Made by a program: the position numbers and the translations under genes. The notes under the pieces were generated by a model. That model saw only the letters and a list, made by a program, of their open reading frames with translations, was not told the origin of the DNA and searched no databases. Shown here piece after piece: positions 1 to 8,813 of a DNA stretch of 64,000 nt. The number at the start of each line of letters is the position of its first letter. Within the stretch, counting starts at the first letter, position 1. The DNA is from Bordetella parapertussis (lineage in GTDB: Bacteria; Pseudomonadota; Gammaproteobacteria; Burkholderiales; SG8-41): assembly GCA_945906815.1 (NCBI GenBank), contig CAMDRT010000003.1, positions 82,766 through 146,765 on the forward strand, given 5' to 3'.

Positions 1-346
1 CGATGGCGATGCGAAAGCCTTTGGCGTGCAGTGCCGCTATCAGCGGCGGGTCGAGTTGCAGCAGCGGTTCGCCGCCGGTGCACACCACGAAGCGCATCGC
101 CTTAGTACGCTTGGGCCATAGCGCGAGCACCGCGTTCGCCAGCGCCGCCGGTGTGCGGAATTTGCCGCCGCCGGGGCCGTCCACACCGACGAATGCGGTA
201 TCGCAAAAACGGCACACGGCGCTGGCACGATCTTGCTCCCGGCCCGACCACAGATTGCACCCCGCAAAGCGCAGGAACACCGCGGGCGTGCCGGCGTTGG
301 CGCCTTCGCCTTGCAGGGTGTAGAAGATTTCTTTTACTGAGTACAT
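1..346 (-). CDS. queE: 7-carboxy-7-deazaguanine synthase QueE (radical SAM), N-terminal ~115 aa; gene continues past the left edge
   Basis: Absent from the ORF track (no stop in window). Hand translation of the minus strand from ATG 346-344 gives MYSVKEIFYTLQGEGANAGTPAVFLRFAGCNLWSGREQDRASAVCRFCDTAFVGVDGPGGGKF...FVVCTGGEPLLQLD. This is the Burkholderia-type QueE N-terminus with its CX14CX2C cluster motif. Confidence 0.85.
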   Translation of the reverse strand, partial: MYSVKEIFYTLQGEGANAGTPAVFLRFAGCNLWSGREQDRASAVCRFCDTAFVGVDGPGGGKFRTPAALANAVLALWPKRTKAMRFVVCTGGEPLLQLDPPLIAALHAKGFRIAI

Positions 347-357
347 CTTGTGCAGTG

Positions 358-558
358 TCAGCGCGTCGAATGCGTGCGCTGCCGCGCCTTTTTGCGGTTT
401 GGCACCGCCGCGGAAAGAGGATTGGCCGGAGCCTGCCTGACCATCTTTGTAAAAATACAAATCTCCTCCAGCCAGCGCAAGCGATCAATTAATGGAACTT
501 GCTGGTAGCGCAGCACCTGCGCGTCGGTGGCGTGATACGCATAGTCGATTTTCGCCAT
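358..558 (-). CDS. small hypothetical protein (66 aa), partner of the upstream nucleotidyltransferase-fold gene
   Basis: Internal ATG (MAKIDYAYHATDAQVLRYQQVPLIDRLRWLEEICIF...) of track ORF 358..591. It starts 1 nt after the stop of 560..1060, on the same strand as glnS and queE. No family recognised. Confidence 0.45.
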   Translation of the reverse strand: MAKIDYAYHATDAQVLRYQQVPLIDRLRWLEEICIFTKMVRQAPANPLSAAVPNRKKARQRTHSTR

Positions 559-559
559 G

Positions 560-1060
560 CTATTTCTCCTTTGCCGCCAGCCGGCGAACAATTTTCAGCG
601 CCTTGATATCGGAAGCATCCTGTTGGCGTCCGGTTCCCGTCTTGAGCGCGATTAAATCATTCACGGACGCAAAGCGCACTGCTACCCCGCTCAAGTTCTT
701 TTCGATGCAATCACGATACATTTTCTTGAACGATACCTTGGGCCGTACAATGATATCCACGGTGGGCAGCGTGCCGGAAGGCGCGTGCAATGAAAATGCG
801 ATGAGGTGCTTGGTTCGTATCCACTCATCAATCTGTTTTTCGTCACACAGCGCGGCGAGTGGCACGGGCAAAGTGGGCTTGAGTTTGAGTTTGGTTGCAG
901 CTTTCAAGAACCGCTGTAGGTTGGTGTTATCCATCGCAAGCGTAAGATCAACATCCATCGTGGCGCGTTCGACGCCATGAAAGTTGACGGCAAGCCCACC
1001 CACCAGCACGTATGCCACGCGTTCTTTGTGCAGCGCTTTGAATAGATCAAGGTAAAACAT
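560..1060 (-). CDS. stand-alone nucleotidyltransferase-fold protein (TA- or defence-like)
   Basis: 166 aa. VLVGGLAVNFHGVERATMDVDL gives the G-G...DxD NTase core. The C-terminal ASVNDLIALKTGTGRQQDASDIKAL is typical of minimal NTase-fold proteins. It starts 3 nt after the glnS stop. G+C is about 49% (59/120, hand count 721-840) against >60% in the flanks. Confidence 0.6.
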   Translation of the reverse strand: MFYLDLFKALHKERVAYVLVGGLAVNFHGVERATMDVDLTLAMDNTNLQRFLKAATKLKLKPTLPVPLAALCDEKQIDEWIRTKHLIAFSLHAPSGTLPTVDIIVRPKVSFKKMYRDCIEKNLSGVAVRFASVNDLIALKTGTGRQQDASDIKALKIVRRLAAKEK

Positions 1061-1063
1061 CGT

Positions 1064-2839
1064 CTATTTTTTCCACGCATCCCGCAGTGTCACCGCGCGA
1101 TTGAACCTTGGCGCACCGGGCATTGTGTCCACACGGTCGGCGACAAAATAGCCGTGGCGCTCAAACTGGAAGCAGGCTTCCGGCTGGGCGTTTTTGAGCG
1201 CGGCTTCGAGTTGCGCAGTGACGGTCTTTTGGGAATCGGGGTTGAGATCGAGCAGAAAATCCCGCTCACCTGTCCCGGGATGCGGCGTTTTGAACAGCCG
1301 CTCGTAGAGGCGCACTTCGCCCGCGCAGGCGTGGGCAACGCTGACCCAGTGTATGTTGCCTTTGACCTTGACCTTGTCCGCGCCCGGCGTGCCGGATTTG
1401 GTGTCGGGAATGTAGTCGCAGTGTACGGCGGTGACATGGCCCAGCGCGTCTTTGTCGCAGCCGGTGCATGTCACCACATAGCCATAACGCAGACGCACGC
1501 TGTTGCCCGGAAACAAGCGGAAGAAACCTTTGGGCGGCGTCTCGGCGAAATCATCACGCTCGACCCACAATTCGCGCGCCAGCGGCACGACGCGTTTGCC
1601 CAGTTCCGGTTTCTGCGGATGGTTGGGCGCGAAACAGTCTTCTTGCTGGTTTTCGGGATAGTTGTCGATAATGAGTTTGAGCGGATCGAGCACGGCGATG
1701 CGGCGTTCGGCCGCCGCGTTCAGGTGTTCGCGCACGCAGTCTTCGAGCACACTGTAGTCGATCCACGAATCGGCCCTGGAAACGCCGATGCGCTCGGCGA
1801 ACAAACGCAAACCTTCGGCGGTGTAACCGCGGCGGCGCGCACCGGCCAGCGTGGGCAGACGCGGATCGTCCCAGCCGTCGACATGTTTTTCGCTGACCAG
1901 TTGAATCAGCTTGCGCTTGGACAGCACCACGTAGGTCAGATTCAGCCGCGCGAACTCGATCTGCTGCGGCAGCGGCAGTGCGAGCAGGCCGCCGTCGGCC
2001 AGACGCGCCAGCAGCCAGTCGTAAAACGGCCGCTGGTCTTCAAACTCCAGCGTGCAGATCGAGTGCGTAATGCGTTCCAGCGCGTCCTCGATCGGGTGCG
2101 CGTAGGCGTACATCGGGTAGACGCACCACGCATCGCCGGTGCGGTGATGCGTGGCTTTACGGATGCGATAGATCGCCGGATCGCGCAAATTGATGTTGGG
2201 CGAGGCCATGTCTATTTTCGCGCGTAGCACCATGCTGCCCTCGGGGTGCATGCCGTCGCGCATTTCACCAAAACGCTGCAACGATGCGGCGGCAGGACGC
2301 TCGCGCCACGGGCTGGCTGTGCCCGGCTCGGTCAGCGTGCCGCGATGCCTGCGCATGTCCTCGGCGCTTTGCTCGTCGACATAGGCGTGCCCCGCGTTAA
2401 TTAGGTGTTGCGCCGCCTGGTACATGAAGTCGAAGTAATCGCTGGCGAAAAAGAGTTGCTCGCGCCAGTCAAACCCCAGCCATTGCACGGCCTGTATTAT
2501 CGAATCGACGTATTCCTGCTCCTCTTTCTCCGGATTGGTGTCATCGAAACGCATGTGGCACGCGCCGCCGTAGCTTTGCGCCAGCCCGAAGTTGAGGCAG
2601 ATCGATTTGGCGTGGCCGATGTGCAGATAGCCATTGGGTTCCGGCGGAAAACGCGTGCGGATTTTCGCCGGATCAGGCGGCGTATGGGCATGCGCCGTGG
2701 CCGGACCGGGTTTGCCGCCCCAGCCGCGTCCGGCGTATTTGCCGCTCGCCAGATCGGCTTCGATGGCGGTACGGATGAAATTGCCGGTGGCCATGGTGGC
2801 TACGGCGGGTGCGCCGGCGGACTTGTTGTTTTCGCTCAT
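1064..2839 (-). CDS. glnS: glutaminyl-tRNA synthetase
   Basis: 591 aa. HIGH motif in FPPEPNGYLHIGHAKSICLNFGLA, and a KMSKS-type VLSKRKL. Length and overall pattern match class I GlnRS. Confidence 0.95.
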   Translation of the reverse strand: MSENNKSAGAPAVATMATGNFIRTAIEADLASGKYAGRGWGGKPGPATAHAHTPPDPAKIRTRFPPEPNGYLHIGHAKSICLNFGLAQSYGGACHMRFDDTNPEKEEQEYVDSIIQAVQWLGFDWREQLFFASDYFDFMYQAAQHLINAGHAYVDEQSAEDMRRHRGTLTEPGTASPWRERPAAASLQRFGEMRDGMHPEGSMVLRAKIDMASPNINLRDPAIYRIRKATHHRTGDAWCVYPMYAYAHPIEDALERITHSICTLEFEDQRPFYDWLLARLADGGLLALPLPQQIEFARLNLTYVVLSKRKLIQLVSEKHVDGWDDPRLPTLAGARRRGYTAEGLRLFAERIGVSRADSWIDYSVLEDCVREHLNAAAERRIAVLDPLKLIIDNYPENQQEDCFAPNHPQKPELGKRVVPLARELWVERDDFAETPPKGFFRLFPGNSVRLRYGYVVTCTGCDKDALGHVTAVHCDYIPDTKSGTPGADKVKVKGNIHWVSVAHACAGEVRLYERLFKTPHPGTGERDFLLDLNPDSQKTVTAQLEAALKNAQPEACFQFERHGYFVADRVDTMPGAPRFNRAVTLRDAWKK

Positions 2840-2873
2840 GAGGGCCGTATTTTAACGTGCAACGCGTGCGCGC

Positions 2874-3578
2874 CTAACGCGTGCCGAGATAATGCGTCGT
2901 CAACCCTGCTTCAAGCGCGCGGCGGCCTGATTGGGTTACGCGATACGCCTTCGCGCGCGCACGGCCTGCCACTGCACGCAGCAGCTTGCCGTCAACATAG
3001 TGCAACGCCGCGCCATCGTCGGCTGCGACACCCCCGATGATTTTTCCGGTGGCGACGAATTTCTGGTAGGCCGGACGGCGCAGCCGCTCGCTGTCGTAGT
3101 GCGGGCAGTTGCTGCCCGGTAAAAAACCCAGGCAGTCGAGCGCGGTCAGCGGTCCGGCGATGGAATCGGTAACCCCTTGCTCGAACCAGCAGATGGAGCC
3201 CGCGCTCGCGCCGCCAAGCACCACGCCACGTGCCCATGCTTGGCGCAGATAAATATCGAGTGACCATTCGCGCCACACTGCCAGCAGGCTGCGCGTGTTG
3301 CCGCCGCCGACGTAAATCGCATCGTGTTCCAGCACAAACGATTCGAGGTCGCGCGGCGTGCGCGCGAACAGCGGCAGATGCGTGGGCGTGCAATTGAACT
3401 GACTAAAGCCCGCGTAAAAGCGCAACCGTCCCGCTTCCGCGTCGCCGTGTGCTGTGCCGATGAAACACACGCGCGGTTTTTTCTTTTTCGTCAGCGACAA
3501 AAAATATTGGATCAGCAGCAGGTTATCGAGATTTTCGGGCAGCGCTGCACCGCCTATGGCAAGGATTTGGCTTTTCAT
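2874..3578 (-). CDS. peptidase S51 family (dipeptidase E / cyanophycinase-like)
   Basis: MKSQILAIGGAAL..., GGGNTRSLL, and the nucleophile motif GGASAGSICWFE. An alternative ATG lies at 3602; the track ORF extends to 3668. Confidence 0.8.
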   Translation of the reverse strand: MKSQILAIGGAALPENLDNLLLIQYFLSLTKKKKPRVCFIGTAHGDAEAGRLRFYAGFSQFNCTPTHLPLFARTPRDLESFVLEHDAIYVGGGNTRSLLAVWREWSLDIYLRQAWARGVVLGGASAGSICWFEQGVTDSIAGPLTALDCLGFLPGSNCPHYDSERLRRPAYQKFVATGKIIGGVAADDGAALHYVDGKLLRAVAGRARAKAYRVTQSGRRALEAGLTTHYLGTR

Positions 3579-3795
3579 TTTCTTCAGGATCACTGGTAAC
3601 ATTGTTTCATGTAAGCCCCGTGCGCACGATTCTGGTGGAGGATCGCGCGCAGGGCGCACACTACGCACCTACGGCCCCGCAATTATCCACCCAAGTGAGC
3701 GGCATGCGACACTACGCCTTTGAGGCGCATTGGTGAAACGCGCTTGGACTGCGGGCCTGGTGTTGATTGCCACCCAACAACTACAGGGAGAACGC

Positions 3796-4773
3796 ATGAA
3801 GCGCTGGTTAGTATTGGTAGCGGTGGTTGCCGCGACGAGCGCCGCGCCCGCGCGGGCGCAATCTGCCTGGCGTCCGGAGAAGCAGGTTGAAATTGTGCTG
3901 CCTACCGCGCCCGGCGGCGGCAATGACACGGTGGCGCGTCTGCTGCAAAAGGCGTTGCAGGAGCAGAAACTGGTGGCCACGCCGATCCTTGTGCTCAACA
4001 AGGCCGGCGGCAATCAGACGGTGTCGGTGGCCTACCACGCTCAGCATGGGGCGGACCCGCATTACCTGCTGTTTGCGACATCAACGCTGTTCACCAACCA
4101 GATCCAGGGGCTGATGCAGCACAGCTACCGTGATTTTCCGCCGCTGGCACTGGCCTTTGTCGATTACAGCGCCTTCATGGTGCCCGCAAATTCGCCATTC
4201 AAGACCTTCGGCGACTTGGTGGAGCGGCTGAAAGTCGATCCCGAATCGGTTGCGTTCAGCGTGGTGGCGCGCGGTGGCACCTCCCACGCGGTGGGAGCGA
4301 TGGCCGCCAAGGCTGCGGGCGTGGACATCAAGCGCTTGAAAATAGTGGTTTTCAAAACCAGCGCCGAAGCGACGACCGCGATGATGGGCGGGCACATACA
4401 GGCGGCTATATCCTCGGCCGCGGGTTCCACGCCGCCGGTGGTTGCGGGCCAGTTGCGGATGTTGGCGATCGGCGCGCCGCAACGCCGCCCCGGTGCGCTC
4501 GCCACGGTGCCGACGCTGGGCGAACTGGGGCTGGACGCTCCCGTATTGGCTACCTGGCGCTGCATTTTTGGCGCCAAAGACATCACGCCCGCACAAATCG
4601 CGTTCTGGCAGGACGCCCTGGCGCGCGCTTTTCAGGGCGAAGAATGGAAGGCGTGGATGAGCAAGAACGACGTGACTGCACCCTCACTGCGCGGCGCGGC
4701 ACTCGCGAAGTATCTCGAAGGCCAGTTCAGCCACACGCGCGGCGTGCTGGTCGAGCTGGGATTGGCGAAGTAA
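3796..4773 (+). CDS. Bug/TctC-family tripartite tricarboxylate transporter substrate-binding protein
   Basis: AGGGAGA RBS before ATG 3796. Signal peptide MKRWLVLVAVVAATSAAPARA, then EIVLPTAPGGGNDTVARLL. About 325 aa. Confidence 0.9.
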   Translation: MKRWLVLVAVVAATSAAPARAQSAWRPEKQVEIVLPTAPGGGNDTVARLLQKALQEQKLVATPILVLNKAGGNQTVSVAYHAQHGADPHYLLFATSTLFTNQIQGLMQHSYRDFPPLALAFVDYSAFMVPANSPFKTFGDLVERLKVDPESVAFSVVARGGTSHAVGAMAAKAAGVDIKRLKIVVFKTSAEATTAMMGGHIQAAISSAAGSTPPVVAGQLRMLAIGAPQRRPGALATVPTLGELGLDAPVLATWRCIFGAKDITPAQIAFWQDALARAFQGEEWKAWMSKNDVTAPSLRGAALAKYLEGQFSHTRGVLVELGLAK

Positions 4774-4877
4774 TCGTTCACGCTGTCCGGTGGAGTGGCT
4801 GTGGGGTCATGGTGAATTGACTTTGCCAAGAATTCCAAGTGAAAACATAGAGTTACTATCGTAAGCTATACGCGAAG

Positions 4878-5278
4878 TCACGCCAGCCAGTTCTCAAGCG
4901 TCAATCCTTTTACGTTCAGAAAGTGTTTTTGATTGTTTGTCACGAGCGTTGCCTTCAGCGCAATAGTGTGCGCGGCGATCATGGTGTCGGCAAATCCGAT
5001 GGGTGTGCCTTGCCGTTCGAGTTGCACGCGTACCTTGGTAAAGGCATCCGCGGCGGCATTGTCCCAAGGTAATATTGCGTACGATCCAGAAACGCATGCA
5101 CCACGCGGGTCAGTCCGCGTGGGTTGCCGCGTTTTTCTACACCGAACAGCAGTTCTGCACGCGTAACCACCGAAATTGCCACGTCGCGTGTGGTGATTTT
5201 CGCAAGTCGCGCGTCGAGCGCGGCACTGGCACCGCGAATGGAATAACTCGCGGTATCGGTATCCAGCAGAAACCGCAC
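4878..5278 (-). pseudogene. vapC: PIN-domain toxin VapC interrupted by a 1-nt frameshift
   Basis: The GTG start overlaps the vapB stop (TAGTG). Frame 1 reads MRFLLDTDTASYSIRG...AELLFG...VHAFLDRTQ and then runs into nonsense. Hand translation of the -1 frame from about 5075 gives ILPWDNAAADAFTKVRVQLERQGTPIGFADTMIAAHTIALKATLVTNNQKHFLNVKGLTLENWLA* (stop 4880-4878). This is consistent with one A lost from a caaata run. Confidence 0.7.
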
Positions 5279-5589
5279 TATTGCTTCGAGCGCGGCTTGC
5301 GCGCTACCTTTGCGGCGCGCGTGCGTTTTGGCGCGGACGCTTCAAGGGGATCGCGCGCCGCTTCAACCACGTTCATCTGCCTATCATTCATAAAATCCGC
5401 AGGCAGACGCGTGCTGTCGCGCAGCGCGAAAAATTCCGCCCAACCGCCGTGAGCCGGACGTGCCGAGAGCACGATATCGCCAGTCGCGGCATCTTTGTGG
5501 ATGAATACCTTCGACGCATCGATCCGGAATTGTCGCGGTACGCGGACGGCCTGGCTGTTGCCGTTAGTGAAAATTCGTGCGGTACGCAT
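5278..5589 (-). CDS. vapB: AbrB/SpoVT-type antitoxin VapB
   Basis: MRTARIFTNGNSQAVRVPRQFRI is the swapped-hairpin AbrB/MazE motif. 103 aa with a basic tail. It sits directly upstream of vapC and overlaps it. Confidence 0.8.
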   Translation of the reverse strand: MRTARIFTNGNSQAVRVPRQFRIDASKVFIHKDAATGDIVLSARPAHGGWAEFFALRDSTRLPADFMNDRQMNVVEAARDPLEASAPKRTRAAKVARKPRSKQ

Positions 5590-5669
5590 ATAATTTTCAA
5601 AAACCTAAAAGTAGATACACTGACAAAATTATACACACCATTGCGATGGTGACCTGTGGAAGTAAACGT

Positions 5670-6560
5670 TCACGCCGTCAGTGTGGCTTGCGCAAACCCG
5701 CGATCAAAAACTTTGTCCGCCAGCACCTGACAGCGCTTCATCAGCCGCAGTTCATCGGGCCGGTAGTCGGCCACTGCACAGTGCCAGGTGCCGAGGTGAT
5801 CCCACATCAGCACATCGCCCACGGTCCAGTGGTGGGTGTAACGATACTTCGGTTGCAGCACATGCGCGAACAGGGTGTCGAGCATCGTCTGACTTTCATC
5901 GGGCTCCAGCTCGTTGATGCGCACTGCGAAACCGGGGTTCACATAAATCACCTTGCGCCCGCTGATGGGATGGGTGAGAAATACCGGGTGCGACACCGGC
6001 GGGCGTTTGCGGCGTTCCTCCTCGCTTAACGGCGGACGTTTGCTGCCCTTGCGCCGCATGAGCTCGTGGAAATTGTTCCAGTCGTGTAACGCGGTTGCGT
6101 TCGCGAGCTGTGCTTTTACAGTGGCGGGCAGGTCGTCGTATGCGGCCTGGGTATTGGTGAAGTCGGTGGCGCCCAGCGGCTTGCCGTCTCGCACCGGCAC
6201 TTGGTGCGCCACCAGCACATTGACGAAGCCGACGACTTGGTTGTAGGTCATGTCGGTGTGCCAATCCTGCCCCGCATCCGGTGTGCCGATATAGCGGCCA
6301 TGCTCAACGACATTGGAAAGGATGGAGACTTCGGGCATGCCCGGCTCCGAATGTCGCGACAGCACCTGCAGTTCGCCGAAACGCGCCGAGAACGCGCGTA
6401 ATGCTGCGGCCTCAATCGGTTGCCCCGGAAAACACAGCACACCGTATTGCCCGAGCGCCTGTATTACGCGCGCATGATCGGCATCCGCGAGCGGATGAGC
6501 GAGAGCTATGCCGGTGACCGTGGCGCCCAGGATGGCGGTGCCGGGTTCGATCTTGAGCAT
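5670..6560 (-). CDS. TauD/TfdA-family Fe(II)/2-oxoglutarate dioxygenase
   Basis: 296 aa. The WHTDMTY (HxD) facial-triad motif and family-typical length and layout. Confidence 0.9.
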   Translation of the reverse strand: MLKIEPGTAILGATVTGIALAHPLADADHARVIQALGQYGVLCFPGQPIEAAALRAFSARFGELQVLSRHSEPGMPEVSILSNVVEHGRYIGTPDAGQDWHTDMTYNQVVGFVNVLVAHQVPVRDGKPLGATDFTNTQAAYDDLPATVKAQLANATALHDWNNFHELMRRKGSKRPPLSEEERRKRPPVSHPVFLTHPISGRKVIYVNPGFAVRINELEPDESQTMLDTLFAHVLQPKYRYTHHWTVGDVLMWDHLGTWHCAVADYRPDELRLMKRCQVLADKVFDRGFAQATLTA

Positions 6561-6681
6561 AAGGGTGTCCTTGCGTGCTGTGCGTCGTGACTTTCGAGTG
6601 GCGTCGCAGTGGCCAATTGCAGTGGCTGATTGGCGTTATATTATCAGACCCCTTGATGCACTCTTGAGAAGGTTGCCGTTC

Positions 6682-7650
6682 ATGCCTGTACACCCGCGTG
6701 GCATACGAGTCGTGTTACTGACTGCCGCACTGTTCCCTGCCGCGCTTCAGGCGCAAACTTTCCCCGCGAAGCCGATACGCGTGCTCATTGGCTTCACGCC
6801 AGGCGCGGGCGTGGATATCGCGGTGCGCTTGATCGGGCCCAAAATGGGTGATGCGCTGGGCCAGTCCATCCTCGTTGATAACCGCCCCGGCGCTGGCGGC
6901 AATATCGCTGCGGAATTGGCGGCGCGCGCGCCGGCCGATGGTTATACGCTGCTGGCCAACGGCGCCCCCGCCGCAATCGCGCACACGCTGTATGCGAAGT
7001 TGCCCTACGACCTACTCAAGGATTTCGAGGCGGTAGCGCTCATCGCCAGTGTGCCGCAACTGCTGGTCGTGCATCCGGCGCTGCCGGCGAAGAGCGTGAA
7101 GGATTTTGTGGCGATCGCCCATGCCCGCCGCGGCGAACTGAGCTATGCCACTACCGGCAGCGGCAGCACGCCGCACCTGACTGCGGAAATGCTCAGGATG
7201 CAAACCGGCATGCAGATTCTGCATGTGCCATACCGCGGTACACCGCCCGCGCTCACCGATCTCATCGCGGGCAATGTGACCTTCATGTTTGCCAACATAC
7301 TTTCGGTGCTACCACAGGTGCACAACGGGCGTCTGCGGGCGCTGGCCATCACCAGCGCAAAACGCAACGCCATTGCGCCCCACCTGCCCACCATCGCGGA
7401 GACCTATCCGGGTTTTGAGTCAGGAAGCTGGTATGCGCTGTTCGCACCCAGCGGCACACCCAGGGAAGCCGTGGCACGCGTACACGATGCCGTGACCCGA
7501 GCCATGCAGTCGCCCGAGGTGCGCGATAAATTCATCGCGCAGGGCGCGGAACCGCTGTCCGGCACGCCACAGGATGCCGCCGCCTACACCCGCGCCGAAG
7601 TTGCCAAGTGGGGCAGAGTGGTGAAGGCTTCGGGGGCGCGGGTGGATTGA
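6682..7650 (+). CDS. Bug/TctC-family substrate-binding protein
   Basis: Internal ATG of track ORF 6508..7650. Signal peptide, then FPAKPIRVLIGFTPGAGVDIAVRL and PADGYTLL. Confidence 0.9.
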   Translation: MPVHPRGIRVVLLTAALFPAALQAQTFPAKPIRVLIGFTPGAGVDIAVRLIGPKMGDALGQSILVDNRPGAGGNIAAELAARAPADGYTLLANGAPAAIAHTLYAKLPYDLLKDFEAVALIASVPQLLVVHPALPAKSVKDFVAIAHARRGELSYATTGSGSTPHLTAEMLRMQTGMQILHVPYRGTPPALTDLIAGNVTFMFANILSVLPQVHNGRLRALAITSAKRNAIAPHLPTIAETYPGFESGSWYALFAPSGTPREAVARVHDAVTRAMQSPEVRDKFIAQGAEPLSGTPQDAAAYTRAEVAKWGRVVKASGARVD

Positions 7651-7712
7651 ACGGCCCCTGTCACAGAACAACGCCGCGTGGTAGCCGTCCCAGCAATCTA
7701 TCTCGCGAGGGG

Positions 7713-8801
7713 CTAGCCGTATTGCGCCAGCAGTTCGCGATTGATCTCGATACCCAGTCCCGGGCCTTGGGGCACGCTCACTATGCCGTCGCTGTGGGTG
7801 ATCGGCTCGCGCGCGAGTCCGGTGCGCAGCGCGTTTTCGCTCATGTCGTACTCGAGCAATGCCGGGAACGGTTCAAGCGCCCTGGGTGAATCGGGCAACA
7901 CGGCGAGTAAATGCAGCGTTGCGGCGAGGCGAATCGCGGTGCCGAACATATGGGGGATTACTCTGACGTGGTTGGCACTCGCCATCGCAGCGATTTTTCT
8001 GAACTCGGTGAAACCCCCGCATACGCACACGTCCGGCTGAATAATGTCCAGTGCGCCCTGCTGAATCATGCGGCGAAAGGCCCAGCGGCCGCGCAGTTGC
8101 TCGGCACCGGAAATCCGCAGGTTCAGGGCGCGCCGTATCTCCACGTAGCCTTCCACGTCATCGGCGGCAATCGGCTCCTCGAACCACAGCAGGTTATTTT
8201 CCGCGAGCCGCTGGCCCACCGCTATGGCAGCGCCGCGGTCATAGCCGCAATTGGCATCCACCGCGAATAGGATGTCGTCACCGATGGCGCGGCGCACTGC
8301 GGCCACATTCTTGATGTCGTAGTCTGCGCCGAAGCCGACTTTCATTTTCATCGCCTTGAATCCCGCGTCGGCATAACCACGGGCTTCCGCCACCAGGGCG
8401 CCGGTTTCGTCCGCACTTTTACGGCGGAAGAGACCGGTGGCGTACGCCTGCACGCGATCGCGAAAAGCGCCCCCCAGCAAATGGTGGATCGGCTGATCGA
8501 GCGCTTTGCCCATGATGTCCCATAGGGCAATGTCGATGGCGCTGATCGCCGCGGTATCGGTGCCTTGCTGGTGCAGACCTTCCCAGATCACTTCGTTGTG
8601 AAACGGGTTGCGGCCGATGACCTGCGCCTCGATTGCGCGGCGCGCAGGCACGATGGCGCCTTCGCCCCAGCCGCTAATCCCGTTGTCGGTAATGACTTCG
8701 ACCACGCCGAACGCGCGCTCGCGGGTGGTGCGCATGGCGTTGGAGAAAGGCTGTTGTACCGGATAGACCAGCGAGTAGGTCTTGACGTCAACGATCTTCA
8801 T
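7713..8801 (-). CDS. mandelate racemase/muconate lactonizing enzyme family (enolase superfamily)
   Basis: 362 aa. MKIVDVKTYSL...GISGWGE, KAMKMKVG, AVDANCGY, WFEEP. Confidence 0.9.
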   Translation of the reverse strand: MKIVDVKTYSLVYPVQQPFSNAMRTTRERAFGVVEVITDNGISGWGEGAIVPARRAIEAQVIGRNPFHNEVIWEGLHQQGTDTAAISAIDIALWDIMGKALDQPIHHLLGGAFRDRVQAYATGLFRRKSADETGALVAEARGYADAGFKAMKMKVGFGADYDIKNVAAVRRAIGDDILFAVDANCGYDRGAAIAVGQRLAENNLLWFEEPIAADDVEGYVEIRRALNLRISGAEQLRGRWAFRRMIQQGALDIIQPDVCVCGGFTEFRKIAAMASANHVRVIPHMFGTAIRLAATLHLLAVLPDSPRALEPFPALLEYDMSENALRTGLAREPITHSDGIVSVPQGPGLGIEINRELLAQYG

Positions 8802-8813
8802 GTCGGCCTCCGT

